From IMG/VR virus record IMGVR_UViG_3300009184_000033, positions 1 to 64,000 of that record: a stretch of DNA of 64,000 nucleotides. One strand, given 5' to 3'. A program made the translations under genes and the position numbers. This DNA is from a virus. Positions within the stretch are counted from its first letter, which is position 1; every line of letters starts with the position of its first letter. The notes beneath the pieces were generated by a model. The model searched no databases, was not told the origin of the DNA, and saw only the letters and a list, made by a program, of their open reading frames with translations. Positions 25,311-35,299 of the stretch are shown one piece after another.

Positions 25311-27638
25311 TTAGAAATCGAACTTGAGCCTGAACATGTACTTGTCGTTCTGCTTCTTCACCGCTGGCTGAGCCAAGTTTGCTCTTGCGATGACGTTCAA
25401 GTTCTCATCGTGTATCAGAAGACCAGATATCACAGTGTAGTTCGTGTCCGTGTCGGAGGCGTTGGCTGATGGTGTGGCTGTCACAAATGAGGGATTCGAC
25501 GAGGAGTTTATCATGCCTGGCATCGAGAGAGCATTGAGCTCCAGTATGTGGAGGTTCTGAACTCCTTCGAACGATACCTCGAACTCGTCCTTCCCAAAGT
25601 GCAGTATGTTTGGTGACTTGACCACTATCAAGCCCTCATCATACAGCACGTTTCCTACCGAAGACCACTTGGCAGATTCCGTGTTGCTGTCAGCCCTGAA
25701 CAGGTTGCCGTACCCATCGTCCTTTAGAGTCATAGAAACCCTGGAGTTCGAGGCTGTAACTGAGGGGTCAGTTATAACAACTGTGCCAGGCCTGATGCTC
25801 TTGCCGTAGAACAAGTTTGAGCTGTCGAAGAACACAACTTCGTTAGAAGAGTTGTCTCTTGTGCGCTGGAGGATTGTGAAGCCACTGCCAGGACTTACCC
25901 CGGGATTCTCAGGAGAAGACCCCAGCATCTCCTGCATGATGCCGCTTGGATCCGAGCTGTCAGTGCCGTCCTGGTTAGACTGTAGCATTCCAGGATTTAT
26001 TGAAGAAGTCGAGATCAGGTTCAGAAGAGACACCATCGTGAGGTCTTGCGCTCCGGTGTCATTCACAAAGCGGTCATTGCTTCCTGAAGAGAGAAGCTTA
26101 AAGTTTGGAGCAAACTTTCCGTTATCGCACGGAAGTATCAGCAAATTTCTCGCTCTTGTCGATGGAGCTGACGGAGAGATGTCGTACAGAAACTGGTCTG
26201 CCGTGTAAGTCTGAGTCGTTGTGTCTATCACTGAAGAAGTGAGGAAGAACATTCTTGGGTATCTTCCCTGGACCATCTCGCGGAGGTAGTTCTCGGCGTT
26301 GATGTCCTTTCCGCGAACTCCAAACGCCAGCTCTTCGTTGAAGGGGACTTCTGTGGCGCGAGACTTTGATTGGAACGGCGTGACTAACACGTCTCTTGTC
26401 GGGCTCTCTTTGACGAACTGCACGGGCAAGTAGAAGAGCAGGTCGTTGTAGCTCTCGGGACCTTGCAGAGAGGCGCTCACAATTTCGCCCTTTGTGAGGG
26501 TCTTAGAGTAGATCCTGACATCGTGCAACTCGGCGTTGAGCGGGAGGTTTAGCCAACTGGTGGTCACGTCGCTGGCCACTCCAGCGTCGTATATTCCCTC
26601 GTCAGCGCTCACTCCAGTGTTGAAGAACCTGTTCTGGGCATCCAGAACTCCAGTGTTCAGATAGTTGCCGACTATCACTGGATTGAAGCCATAAGAGTCT
26701 ACAGAGGTGTTGATGTTGGACGTGCCAAGCGTGAATCTCGAGCTCACGTCTTCGACACCATCGATGAAGAAAGATCCAGTTCCAGCGTTGAAATCAGTTC
26801 CCCATCTAACTGCAACATGGTGCCAACTGTTCAAAGAAAGAGAATTGTCGCTAGTTGTGAACACCTGCGAGAGAGGTGTTAAGTCGGGATTGATAAGAGA
26901 AGGGCTTGTGTCAGCGCTAGATGAGAGCTGGAGCATGATCCTGAACTTATCAGGGCGTCCATCTTGTCCGATGTGAGATCCCGTGATCAGGGAGATCGCA
27001 TAGGCAGATGACATATGCAATATGCAGCCTGCGGTGTAACTGTCACCAACGTTGATGACCGTGCTTCTTGGATTGACGTAGAAGCTGAACGTGAAGCTGC
27101 CTGTGACATTGTAGTCGTTCCTGCTTCCGGCTGTCGGAGCTGGATATGCCAGGCACTTGTATGATGGAACATTCGACGACGTGAAGAAATTCAAGCACTG
27201 GTAGTTCGTGAAACCCCAGTGAGCCGTCGTGTAAGTCGGTCTGTAGAATGGAAATAACACATCCCGTGTCACAGACTTTCTCAGAGTGTTACTCGTGAAA
27301 TCGCTTGATGGTATGAAGCGTATGACTTCAACTTGCTTCGACTGCCGCGCGGTGACCTGAGTCTGATTGACTGAGTTCAAATAGCTAAGGGTTTCGACGT
27401 AGAGGTTCGAGCTTGTGCTCGAGAACAACAGCTCCCTAACAGACTCGAGGTTGTTATCGTCTGCCTTGCCATCATTGAAGGCGGCAAGACCCAACATCTC
27501 CTTGTTGTAGCTAGACCTCTCAGCAAGCACATACACAGAACCAGTCGTTCCGTGGGAAGAAGATGAGAACGACCGTTTCGGGTGTAACTCTAGGACAACT
27601 GTTTCAAAGTTGTCTTTAGTGAGCGGAAGTATGGCCAT
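25311..27638 (-). CDS. Baseplate / tail structural protein with LamG (ConA-like lectin) domain, 775 aa
   Basis: FTFSFYVNP...WHHVAVRW...FFIDG...ELHDVRIYSKTL; C-terminal ISGLLIHDENLNVIARANL...FRLKFDF. Confidence 0.7.
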   Translation of the reverse strand: MAILPLTKDNFETVVLELHPKRSFSSSSHGTTGSVYVLAERSSYNKEMLGLAAFNDGKADDNNLESVRELLFSSTSSNLYVETLSYLNSVNQTQVTARQSKQVEVIRFIPSSDFTSNTLRKSVTRDVLFPFYRPTYTTAHWGFTNYQCLNFFTSSNVPSYKCLAYPAPTAGSRNDYNVTGSFTFSFYVNPRSTVINVGDSYTAGCILHMSSAYAISLITGSHIGQDGRPDKFRIMLQLSSSADTSPSLINPDLTPLSQVFTTSDNSLSLNSWHHVAVRWGTDFNAGTGSFFIDGVEDVSSRFTLGTSNINTSVDSYGFNPVIVGNYLNTGVLDAQNRFFNTGVSADEGIYDAGVASDVTTSWLNLPLNAELHDVRIYSKTLTKGEIVSASLQGPESYNDLLFYLPVQFVKESPTRDVLVTPFQSKSRATEVPFNEELAFGVRGKDINAENYLREMVQGRYPRMFFLTSSVIDTTTQTYTADQFLYDISPSAPSTRARNLLILPCDNGKFAPNFKLLSSGSNDRFVNDTGAQDLTMVSLLNLISTSSINPGMLQSNQDGTDSSDPSGIMQEMLGSSPENPGVSPGSGFTILQRTRDNSSNEVVFFDSSNLFYGKSIRPGTVVITDPSVTASNSRVSMTLKDDGYGNLFRADSNTESAKWSSVGNVLYDEGLIVVKSPNILHFGKDEFEVSFEGVQNLHILELNALSMPGMINSSSNPSFVTATPSANASDTDTNYTVISGLLIHDENLNVIARANLAQPAVKKQNDKYMFRLKFDF

Positions 27639-27650
27639 TGCATCGCCGCC

Positions 27651-28991
27651 TCAGAAGTCTAGCCTGACTCTTACAGATAGGTCCTTCTCATCGTTCTTCT
27701 CAACAGCCCTCGAGAGCTTTGCGACCGCAAGTAGCTCATTGTTGGAGTTGTAGAGACCGACTGTAGTCACAAAGGTAAATGATCTCTGTCCGGTGCTGTT
27801 ACCTGGATCAATGACCGTGATATTGCCGCTTGTGTCCCTAAAGGTGGGATTTGATGAGTAGTTGAACTCATCAGCTGTGGCACGGCAGAACAGCAATGTG
27901 GAGTTGATACCCGTGGTATTCTGGAATGTTGCAGCCGTCAGAGAACCTGAACCGAATCTTGTGGAAGCGATGTGGTCCACGATATTGTCTATGGAGGCTG
28001 AGACAACCAAATCTGGAATGAACTTCGCGTTAGGATTATCACCGCCCTTAGTGCCGTTGCCGAGCATCACTTGTCCAACGTTGGTCGAATTTCCGTATAC
28101 GGAAGAAGCCACCGTTGACATGGCGTCTATTGCGCCAGACATGTGCTGCTTTGCTGCAAAGACCCTCCCCATGTCGAGGACCATGATGCCGTGATCGTAC
28201 CAGACGAGGCCAACGTACTCACTGGTGTTTGCGGTGTTCTTGATGTAGCCGACATCACCACCAAAGTACTTTAGCTGTGCGGTCGAAGATCCAACATCAG
28301 CATAGATCGCAGAGCCAGACGGAGATGTCTTGTAGAGGTTTGATCCAGTATAGGCCTGGTTGATACCGCCCGCTGTGGTGAAATTTAGTCCAAGACCATT
28401 TGCGCTGCCATCAAGAGAGTTGCCATCTAGGGCTGCGCTCTGGAACAACCTAAGAGCAAAAGTCTCTTTCTTGATTTCATCCCTGGCAAATAGACGCTTG
28501 AAGCTCAGGAATAGAGCCTCCTCGATTCTATCTCCTGCAGAACCCGTCTGCATACCTGTGAACGAGGTGTTGACATCGAACGCATTTACACCTGGTGAGA
28601 AGAATGCGGCCTCAGAGTCTCCTAGCAGGAACTGCGAGTACTGCTTGTAGTTCTGGACCTTCTCTCTCATCATCAGGGACTGGGATGGGAACAGCAACTT
28701 TCCATTTGCATCAGTGCCCGTGGTGCAGTCCTGCACAGTATCTCCATCCTCAAACAATCCGACAGTCATGTCGAACACTGCGTTTGCGGTCTGGAGCGAG
28801 AAGTCCTGATCGTACACTGTCTGGAAGAGGGAAGACGTGACGCCTGGACCCACGCCGCCAGTCACGAATACCTGGTACTTCCTTCTAGAAGAGGAACCAG
28901 ATACGTCTTCCTGGATTACATCGACCAGCTGGTTCAGAACGCTGGTCGTTACCTGAATGTCTTCCGCTGTTATGGTCTTGAATGTGGACAT
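27651..28991 (-). CDS. Baseplate / tail structural protein, 446 aa
   Basis: C-terminal VTTVGLYNSNNELLAVAKLS...VRVRLDF, related to the C-terminus of the 775-aa neighbour. Confidence 0.7.
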   Translation of the reverse strand: MSTFKTITAEDIQVTTSVLNQLVDVIQEDVSGSSSRRKYQVFVTGGVGPGVTSSLFQTVYDQDFSLQTANAVFDMTVGLFEDGDTVQDCTTGTDANGKLLFPSQSLMMREKVQNYKQYSQFLLGDSEAAFFSPGVNAFDVNTSFTGMQTGSAGDRIEEALFLSFKRLFARDEIKKETFALRLFQSAALDGNSLDGSANGLGLNFTTAGGINQAYTGSNLYKTSPSGSAIYADVGSSTAQLKYFGGDVGYIKNTANTSEYVGLVWYDHGIMVLDMGRVFAAKQHMSGAIDAMSTVASSVYGNSTNVGQVMLGNGTKGGDNPNAKFIPDLVVSASIDNIVDHIASTRFGSGSLTAATFQNTTGINSTLLFCRATADEFNYSSNPTFRDTSGNITVIDPGNSTGQRSFTFVTTVGLYNSNNELLAVAKLSRAVEKNDEKDLSVRVRLDF

Positions 28992-28992
28992 G

Positions 28993-29715
28993 TTATACGC
29001 TACTGTTCTTGTTGATGTTGATCTGCTGAGTCACCACGGCGCCTGAAGCGGTGCCAGATATGTTGATGAAAGTGGTGATCACGCCAGAATTAGTTGCAGT
29101 AGCGTAGTAGTTGTAGTAGTCGTCATTGAATCCCTTCACGGAGACTCTAAACGTCGATATAGAACCTTCGCTACCGTCGGAATTTGTCGATGTCTGTCGA
29201 ACACGAACTGTGGAGATGTAGTTCTGGCCAGTAGTCGGCGTCGAAACGTTGTTCTCATAGCCAGTGACCGTGAGGAATCTTGAATCGTAGCTGACAATGA
29301 AGCTCGTGTCTCTCAGGTCGACTTCTATTGTGGAGTTGTTCTGAGAAGTCTGCTTGACCTGCAGGTCAACCTGCGTCGGTGTGCTACCTCTCACCAGAGT
29401 GGTTGCACCGTTGACGGTAGAGATAGACAGGAACGGAAGATTGTCGAGATAAGGATTTGCTACGCTGATCATCCTGTACTTGAGCGCGAGATCTGCGTTT
29501 GTCTGCGCTTCAAACACTGGCGTGTTCTTCTCTATCTTCTCCTTCCCGACAGTCCTGCCAAACTTCTTGATGATCGAGTAGTCTACCTCGTCATCGCCAA
29601 AAGAGAACCTGGTGATCTGGAAAGAGCCATCATTTCTCGCCAAGAGCTGGCGACCCCTGTCCGTCAAGACAGCGTCAATGATGATGTTGTTTGTCGAGTG
29701 GTCGAGAAATCCCAT
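28993..29715 (-). CDS. Baseplate / tail structural protein, 240 aa
   Basis: MGFLD...IIDAVLTDRGRQLLA...ITRFSFGDDEVDY; related to the N-terminus of 37662-38564. Confidence 0.7.
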   Translation of the reverse strand: MGFLDHSTNNIIIDAVLTDRGRQLLARNDGSFQITRFSFGDDEVDYSIIKKFGRTVGKEKIEKNTPVFEAQTNADLALKYRMISVANPYLDNLPFLSISTVNGATTLVRGSTPTQVDLQVKQTSQNNSTIEVDLRDTSFIVSYDSRFLTVTGYENNVSTPTTGQNYISTVRVRQTSTNSDGSEGSISTFRVSVKGFNDDYYNYYATATNSGVITTFINISGTASGAVVTQQININKNSSV

Positions 29716-29733
29716 ACTTGAATCTCCACGCTA

Positions 29734-29740
29734 TAACTAT
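29734..29740 (-). promoter_or_regulatory. Putative late promoter ATAGTTA
   Basis: 18 nt before ATG 29715; embedded in the palindrome GCTATA-GT-TATAGC. Confidence 0.65.
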
Positions 29741-29762
29741 AGCACTAAGCAAAATGAAGTGG

Positions 29763-31496
29763 CTATCTCTTGTCCACTACTGAAAAGCTAACTTTCGAGT
29801 CCTGCTGTAAATCAACGTTGATCATTTGTACAGAGTAAGTTGGAGAATCTGGACTGGTGGCCAGATGACCGAGGTCCTTCTCCTTGATGTCCAGGACCTG
29901 CAAGTAGTCGGGGTCGAAGTAGACTTTGAGCTTGCTTGAGCCGCTCGTTTTTATAGAGTCGACCGTCAGAGGCCTGTCCAGCGTGAAGTTGGGGTATGGC
30001 TTTGGTGCTCCAGCCGAAGCGATTCTTTCGACCTTGAGCTTTGCGTACTCCCTCTGGAAGGTGACCCTAAACTGCTCAGAGTAGCCTGAGCTCAGGTCTC
30101 TTGCATCCACAGAGCAGACCGAGTAGATGTAATCAGAGTCTAACCCAAATGACTTGTCGTAGAAAGTCGCAGTTGGATACTGGTACGCAAGCTTCGACTG
30201 GTTCGGTATCTTTTCAGCTCTCGGGGTCTTCACAGCGCTGTCATCGAAATCCAGCTCTGCAATGAGCTGGAATGGCTCGGAGATGCTCCTCCTCCTGAAG
30301 ACCTGATAGCGCTTTACGTCCTCTTGCCTGTTGAACGGATGCTGCCACTCTATGTAGAACTTCTTCTCCTGGGTGAACCAGAACCGGAGATCCACGGGAT
30401 GGGGCGGCGGCTTGGCCTCTTCGCATAGGACTTCACTAAATGGAGATTGCCTCGAAGAAATCAGGTAGTCTGATGATATCAGATCAGATCCATCATAGGA
30501 CAGGATCCTGACCAAGTAAACGCTCTGGATTGAGTACCGGTACCTCTGCCCATAGATTATCGCAGTGTCGACAAAGCTCGCCTGGCTTGGGTTGGTCACC
30601 GTAAAGCTGGCAAGGTCCTGCACGGTGCCGTCCTGGTTTACGATCTGCTTCGTTATCAGGTACCCAAGAAGGGTGTTTCCGTACACTGACATTGTGTCAA
30701 CGTCTAGCACAGTGGTGGACACGGGCGTGGTAGAGGGTTCAAAGTCGTCGATCTCTATGACCGATGACTTATCGGAGCTGGCAGAAGACTGCGAGATCGA
30801 GTTGGCACTGCTCAAGATCGGCTCGATCGAGTCAAATATGGGGCTGAGCGCGGCTTTCTGCGAGCGGATCGCTACGTCTGAGATGAACTTGTTGTTGATT
30901 GTCAGGGAGAAAGCCAGCTTGCCAACGTCTCCCTCGCCGACCTTCGACACGACATCTCCCGTCACGGGATCAAAAGTCGAGTACTCATTGGTGGCATCGA
31001 CATCAGTGTAGTCTAGCAGGCTCTGGGTATCGACCTCAGTGGGAAGAGAGCCATACTTGAGCACCTTCTGGATCGGTGACAGCCCTGCAGATGGCTTCTT
31101 GTTGACCGCGAGAGAGTTCTCGATGGCGTATTGCAGCGCTGCATTTGCCGTGGGGTCCTGCACAATAACTGTCGTGTAAGCCCTGGATCCGACCGAGAGC
31201 TCATTTGAGATGGCCGATATGTTCTCGAGGAATATTTTGGTCTTTTCGGCAGAGGTGAACTGTAGCTCTTTCTGTCCAGTCCCGATTCCGATCTTCGAGG
31301 TCGCCGGCGAGAATTCGATCAAGATGTCCCTGGCGTAACTTTGACCGTGGCGCCTAAACTCAGAGTCGGCGCCCTTTGTGTTGTCACTGATCTTCTCATC
31401 GCGCTGGAAGTACCGGTACCTGAACTTAGCACTTATTCCAGAGGGCTCCGGAACATCAAAGATGAATGCCGCTTTCGACGGATAAGAAGAGTTCAT
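29763..31496 (-). CDS. Virion structural protein with FN3-like modules, 577 aa
   Basis: ...SFVDTAIIYGQRYRYSIQSV and FYIEWQHP...RYQVFRR...FYDKSFGLDSDYIYSVCSVD match FN3 strand patterns by eye. Confidence 0.6.
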   Translation of the reverse strand: MNSSYPSKAAFIFDVPEPSGISAKFRYRYFQRDEKISDNTKGADSEFRRHGQSYARDILIEFSPATSKIGIGTGQKELQFTSAEKTKIFLENISAISNELSVGSRAYTTVIVQDPTANAALQYAIENSLAVNKKPSAGLSPIQKVLKYGSLPTEVDTQSLLDYTDVDATNEYSTFDPVTGDVVSKVGEGDVGKLAFSLTINNKFISDVAIRSQKAALSPIFDSIEPILSSANSISQSSASSDKSSVIEIDDFEPSTTPVSTTVLDVDTMSVYGNTLLGYLITKQIVNQDGTVQDLASFTVTNPSQASFVDTAIIYGQRYRYSIQSVYLVRILSYDGSDLISSDYLISSRQSPFSEVLCEEAKPPPHPVDLRFWFTQEKKFYIEWQHPFNRQEDVKRYQVFRRRSISEPFQLIAELDFDDSAVKTPRAEKIPNQSKLAYQYPTATFYDKSFGLDSDYIYSVCSVDARDLSSGYSEQFRVTFQREYAKLKVERIASAGAPKPYPNFTLDRPLTVDSIKTSGSSKLKVYFDPDYLQVLDIKEKDLGHLATSPDSPTYSVQMINVDLQQDSKVSFSVVDKR

Positions 31497-34400
31497 TTTT
31501 CCACCAGTAGGCTTCCAGTGTTGCTTGGTGCTTCAAGAGATGCCATCATCTTCACGAATGCCATTCTTCCATCAGCAACTTTTCTCGGAGCAAGCTTGTA
31601 GTTTGTCGCGCCATTCTCTGTGAAAGCCAACAAGATTCCCTTCCTGATGTACTTATCAATCACGGGACCCGGCGTGAAAGAAGACTTGGAGTTTGCCTGG
31701 GTCGCTATGACGAACTCATCGGGATCGATTGGGAGATACAGCACCCTGTCAAAGATCTTAGCCTTGAGCACTGCGTCCTTCATGTCTTCTGCGCTGAGCA
31801 GCCTTGTCGTGAACGCATTCCTCATGCTCGCCACAAACTCCGCATCAAGCTCCGTGAATCCATCGATTGCAACTGCTCTCGAGGCATTCTTCTCTGAAGT
31901 TATGTCCGCAGCGGTCTTGTAGTACTCCGCAGCTTTCGAATTTGGTGGTGCCAGATCTGCCGAGAGAGACGCCAGCGCCGCGGTCAGGTTTCCAGCATAC
32001 TTGTTCAGCGGAATGCCTGAGGAGCCCTGTACGCTCGGGAATGTATCCTCATTGATCTCTATTCCGACCAGGGTCTTGTAGTAGAGCTCAAGGATGGAAG
32101 ACACCGCAGTGTTTGAGCAGATGTCGAACTTCTGCGTGTTCGATTTCACGTATCTTATGGTCTGCTTCTTGATGAGCTTTGGAGCCGTCCCAGGAACCTC
32201 TTGTACCTCAAAGTCGTTGTAGTAGAAGCTAGCCTGGTTGACAAGATCGTTAAAGTTGGAGAATGTGGTGACTCTGTCGAACGCCGATGGACCAGCGTAC
32301 AGCCTGTTGTCAAAGTTGAAGCTCTTTGGCAGGAAGGTGAGATCGCTGTACTCTAGGTCAGCTATCCTTACTGCGACAGAGTACTCATTCTCATAGCCTA
32401 TGTTTCCATTTGCGCCTGCGGGAATCCCGACTATCAGATTTCTAACGTTCAGACCCTCAGGAGATCTCATCCTCTGGGAAGCCGCAAGGCACTCTATCGC
32501 AAGCTTCTCTCTGGAGCTAACGATGGAAATTCCTGGCACGTACCCATTTGCACGATCTCCAGACTGCCTAGACAGCGAGATGTCACGGAGAGTTATCTGG
32601 GTCTGGTTGAGAGATTCAAGAATGTCAAGACCAGCATTTCCCTGCTTGACCAGACTTGTGGCTAGTTCATAGACAGCGTTTGTGTCGTCGCTTGATCCCG
32701 TGAACGTGTCAATTGCCTTCTCAGAGAAACTGGAAGACCTCTTTGCGAAGCCATCGAGGATCTGTATTGCAACCTTGAGTCTCAGGTCATCTTCCTTGAC
32801 CGATGTGATTGATGACTTAATCCGCTCTAGAGCTTTTAGGGTCGATGAGTTTGTAGACGCCACAGTGACATTTTTATACGAAGCTGGAGTGCTAGCAAGC
32901 ACTGCAATGAACGCGTTTGGCACTTCAGAGAAGTATTGCTTGTAGCGCGAATTACCAGGAGGTCTTCCACCAACAATTGATGCAGTAGAAGTAGCCTCAG
33001 GAACATCTACAGAGAGATAAGCAAACTCAAGCTTGGGCATGCCTGCGACAAGAATCTCAGGCTGTTCTGCCCTCTTGACTTTCAGCATCTCGTAGTTTGT
33101 GCTCATCAGATTGCTCTGAACTCTGTAGATTCCTGTGAGGACATTTGCTACTGACATGCCGCTGAGCCATGTCTTTCCAGTGGATCCGCGGAAGAATCTA
33201 GATGAAAACTCTCTCACTGTTGGAATCCAGAATCTCGAGCTCAGGGTGGCCACGGGAAGCTGGTTGTAGTAAGGAGCTGGAACTTGATTGGACGTCGGGA
33301 ATGATGGCTCAACCACAGTGTTTGTGGTGATCGACACGTACTTCCCAGGATTTGGCCAGACTGGATCATCTTCTTCCAGCTCATTGATTGTGGCAAATCG
33401 TGAGATCAAACCCTTGAGCACGTCGATTCCGTAATCGATAATCTCAAATATCGCAACGTCCTCAAATGAAGAAACCTTAGACTCGTTGCCAGAGACAGTC
33501 GAGCTGGTGAAGATCACTGTCTGGGATCTAAGGTCTCCATCGACGGTTATCAAGACCTCTGGATCAGTCTTCTTTGAGAGGAAGCTTGGACTTGACTTTG
33601 AGCTGGTCTTTGTGGCAGTGCCGAGGTTAGATACCAGCTCCCTGGATCTCAGCCAGTCCCTGAAGTACTTCTTTGCCGACTGCAAGTTCGAGGACTGTGG
33701 CACCAGAGAAACAGCCGTACCGATGGAAGCAACTGCAACTGAAGTCCCAATTGCGCTAGCGGTAGGTGATGTGTTCAGCTTTCCTGAGTTGTAGTCCTTG
33801 ATGAAGGCTTCGAGAATCTTTGCCGCGCCCGATGGATTGTCCCTAATGAATACGTGTGCGATGCTCTTTACGTACTGGATTTGCTCATTCCCAGAGGTCA
33901 TTTTACCAGAAGACGGATAGGCTGAGCTTGAGATCTTGGTCGCAAACCGGTCGCTGAATGTCTTGATCGACGCCTGGAGCATTGATGCCGCAGTTATTCT
34001 CTCACCGACGGCAAAAGATGTCTCGGTGGGCGTCTTTCCTCTGAACCTCGGAAAGTAGAGAGTCCTCAGAAGACTTGACGCGTTCTTGCATGACGTGTAG
34101 AATGCCCTAGAAGCGTTCGTATAATCAGTGAAGTTCAGGGGAGAGGATGGTTTAAACGCGCTGTTGACAAGAGCGTTCGATGGCGTGTATGTGATCCCGT
34201 TATAGCTCCTGCTCCCATTCTCAAGCAGTAAGATGTTCTTGTCTGGTATGTCTATCTGCCCTATGAGTCCAGAGAAGTTTAGGGCATCTGTGATTTTGAT
34301 TGGAGACCTCGACTTCAAGTCAAAGTCTAGCTCCACTGACAGGTCCTGCCACGGATCAATTCCAATAGAGCGCTCAAAGACGGACTGATCTGGTACGACC

Positions 34401-35299
34401 GTGAGGCTGAAGTAGTCGCTTCCGACCGTCGACTTGATGGTGGGGTGAAGTTCCTTCTCATCTCCGCTGCCAGACTGGACCTCGCCAAGCTTCAGAGATG
34501 CGGCCAGCTCCCTGGCTATCCTGATCGAAGCGAGTGTCGTGCTGGTCTTTTGGACAGTAGAGACTCCAGGGTCATTGATTATCGCGTCAATTAGTAGGCT
34601 TCTCTGCTTTGAACCTATTGCACCTGGGAATCCAACCCTCGAGAAGATCACGATATCTGAGAGAAACTGACCGAACATTACGCTGGCATTCTTGGCAAAG
34701 CTGGGACTTTTGGGGTCGATCAGCAGAGACACTGGGTAGAAGTCCAGTGCCAGAGATCCGATGTTGGCGCCGTCAGAATTCTGGAGGATAGTGTTGCTCA
34801 GGTGGGAGTTGTAGTCAAGAGCTCTGGCACCATACTCTTTCATGAGATATGCGGTCTTGAGAAGCTCAGTGTCAACTCTTGCGGACTCTAAGTTGGCGGT
34901 GTAGATGTCAAGAGCGTTCTGGAAAGCATCTGGATTCTTAGTCTTCAGGTCAGAGATGATCTTCTTTGTTGTGGCAAGATCGATGCTCCGGAGACCATAC
35001 CTGACATTCAGCAAGTTCCCAGCTAGAGACCTAGACTCGCCCTCAAATAGTGGCTGAAAGTCCATGAGCGCAAGGATCTCGAGCCTCGTGTTGGTGATGC
35101 CCTTTGCCTGAAGCATGCGAGTGTCAAACTTGCTGCCAACGTCGATAGAAGTGTCTGACGTGGGCTTTGTGACCTGATTGGACTCCTTGTTCTCAACAAT
35201 CCTGACCGCACCTGAGTTCTTAAACTTCAGGGAAGAGCTTGCCGTCGACTTGCTCTGGGGAACCGGAGGTGGACCAATCTTAGAGCTGGCTGCTGGCAT
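31493..35299 (-). CDS. Large hypothetical protein in the tail module, 1268 aa
   Basis: Long ORF overlapping both neighbours by 1-4 nt; no recognised family motif. Confidence 0.8.
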   Translation of the reverse strand: MPAASSKIGPPPVPQSKSTASSSLKFKNSGAVRIVENKESNQVTKPTSDTSIDVGSKFDTRMLQAKGITNTRLEILALMDFQPLFEGESRSLAGNLLNVRYGLRSIDLATTKKIISDLKTKNPDAFQNALDIYTANLESARVDTELLKTAYLMKEYGARALDYNSHLSNTILQNSDGANIGSLALDFYPVSLLIDPKSPSFAKNASVMFGQFLSDIVIFSRVGFPGAIGSKQRSLLIDAIINDPGVSTVQKTSTTLASIRIARELAASLKLGEVQSGSGDEKELHPTIKSTVGSDYFSLTVVPDQSVFERSIGIDPWQDLSVELDFDLKSRSPIKITDALNFSGLIGQIDIPDKNILLLENGSRSYNGITYTPSNALVNSAFKPSSPLNFTDYTNASRAFYTSCKNASSLLRTLYFPRFRGKTPTETSFAVGERITAASMLQASIKTFSDRFATKISSSAYPSSGKMTSGNEQIQYVKSIAHVFIRDNPSGAAKILEAFIKDYNSGKLNTSPTASAIGTSVAVASIGTAVSLVPQSSNLQSAKKYFRDWLRSRELVSNLGTATKTSSKSSPSFLSKKTDPEVLITVDGDLRSQTVIFTSSTVSGNESKVSSFEDVAIFEIIDYGIDVLKGLISRFATINELEEDDPVWPNPGKYVSITTNTVVEPSFPTSNQVPAPYYNQLPVATLSSRFWIPTVREFSSRFFRGSTGKTWLSGMSVANVLTGIYRVQSNLMSTNYEMLKVKRAEQPEILVAGMPKLEFAYLSVDVPEATSTASIVGGRPPGNSRYKQYFSEVPNAFIAVLASTPASYKNVTVASTNSSTLKALERIKSSITSVKEDDLRLKVAIQILDGFAKRSSSFSEKAIDTFTGSSDDTNAVYELATSLVKQGNAGLDILESLNQTQITLRDISLSRQSGDRANGYVPGISIVSSREKLAIECLAASQRMRSPEGLNVRNLIVGIPAGANGNIGYENEYSVAVRIADLEYSDLTFLPKSFNFDNRLYAGPSAFDRVTTFSNFNDLVNQASFYYNDFEVQEVPGTAPKLIKKQTIRYVKSNTQKFDICSNTAVSSILELYYKTLVGIEINEDTFPSVQGSSGIPLNKYAGNLTAALASLSADLAPPNSKAAEYYKTAADITSEKNASRAVAIDGFTELDAEFVASMRNAFTTRLLSAEDMKDAVLKAKIFDRVLYLPIDPDEFVIATQANSKSSFTPGPVIDKYIRKGILLAFTENGATNYKLAPRKVADGRMAFVKMMASLEAPSNTGSLLVEK

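Noticed and set aside
31493-35299. 1268-aa protein as tape measure protein
   Set aside because: I see no regular helical repeat or hydrophobic Ala/Gly segments typical of tape measures. Tube and tape-measure genes probably lie left of the window, after sheath 2.
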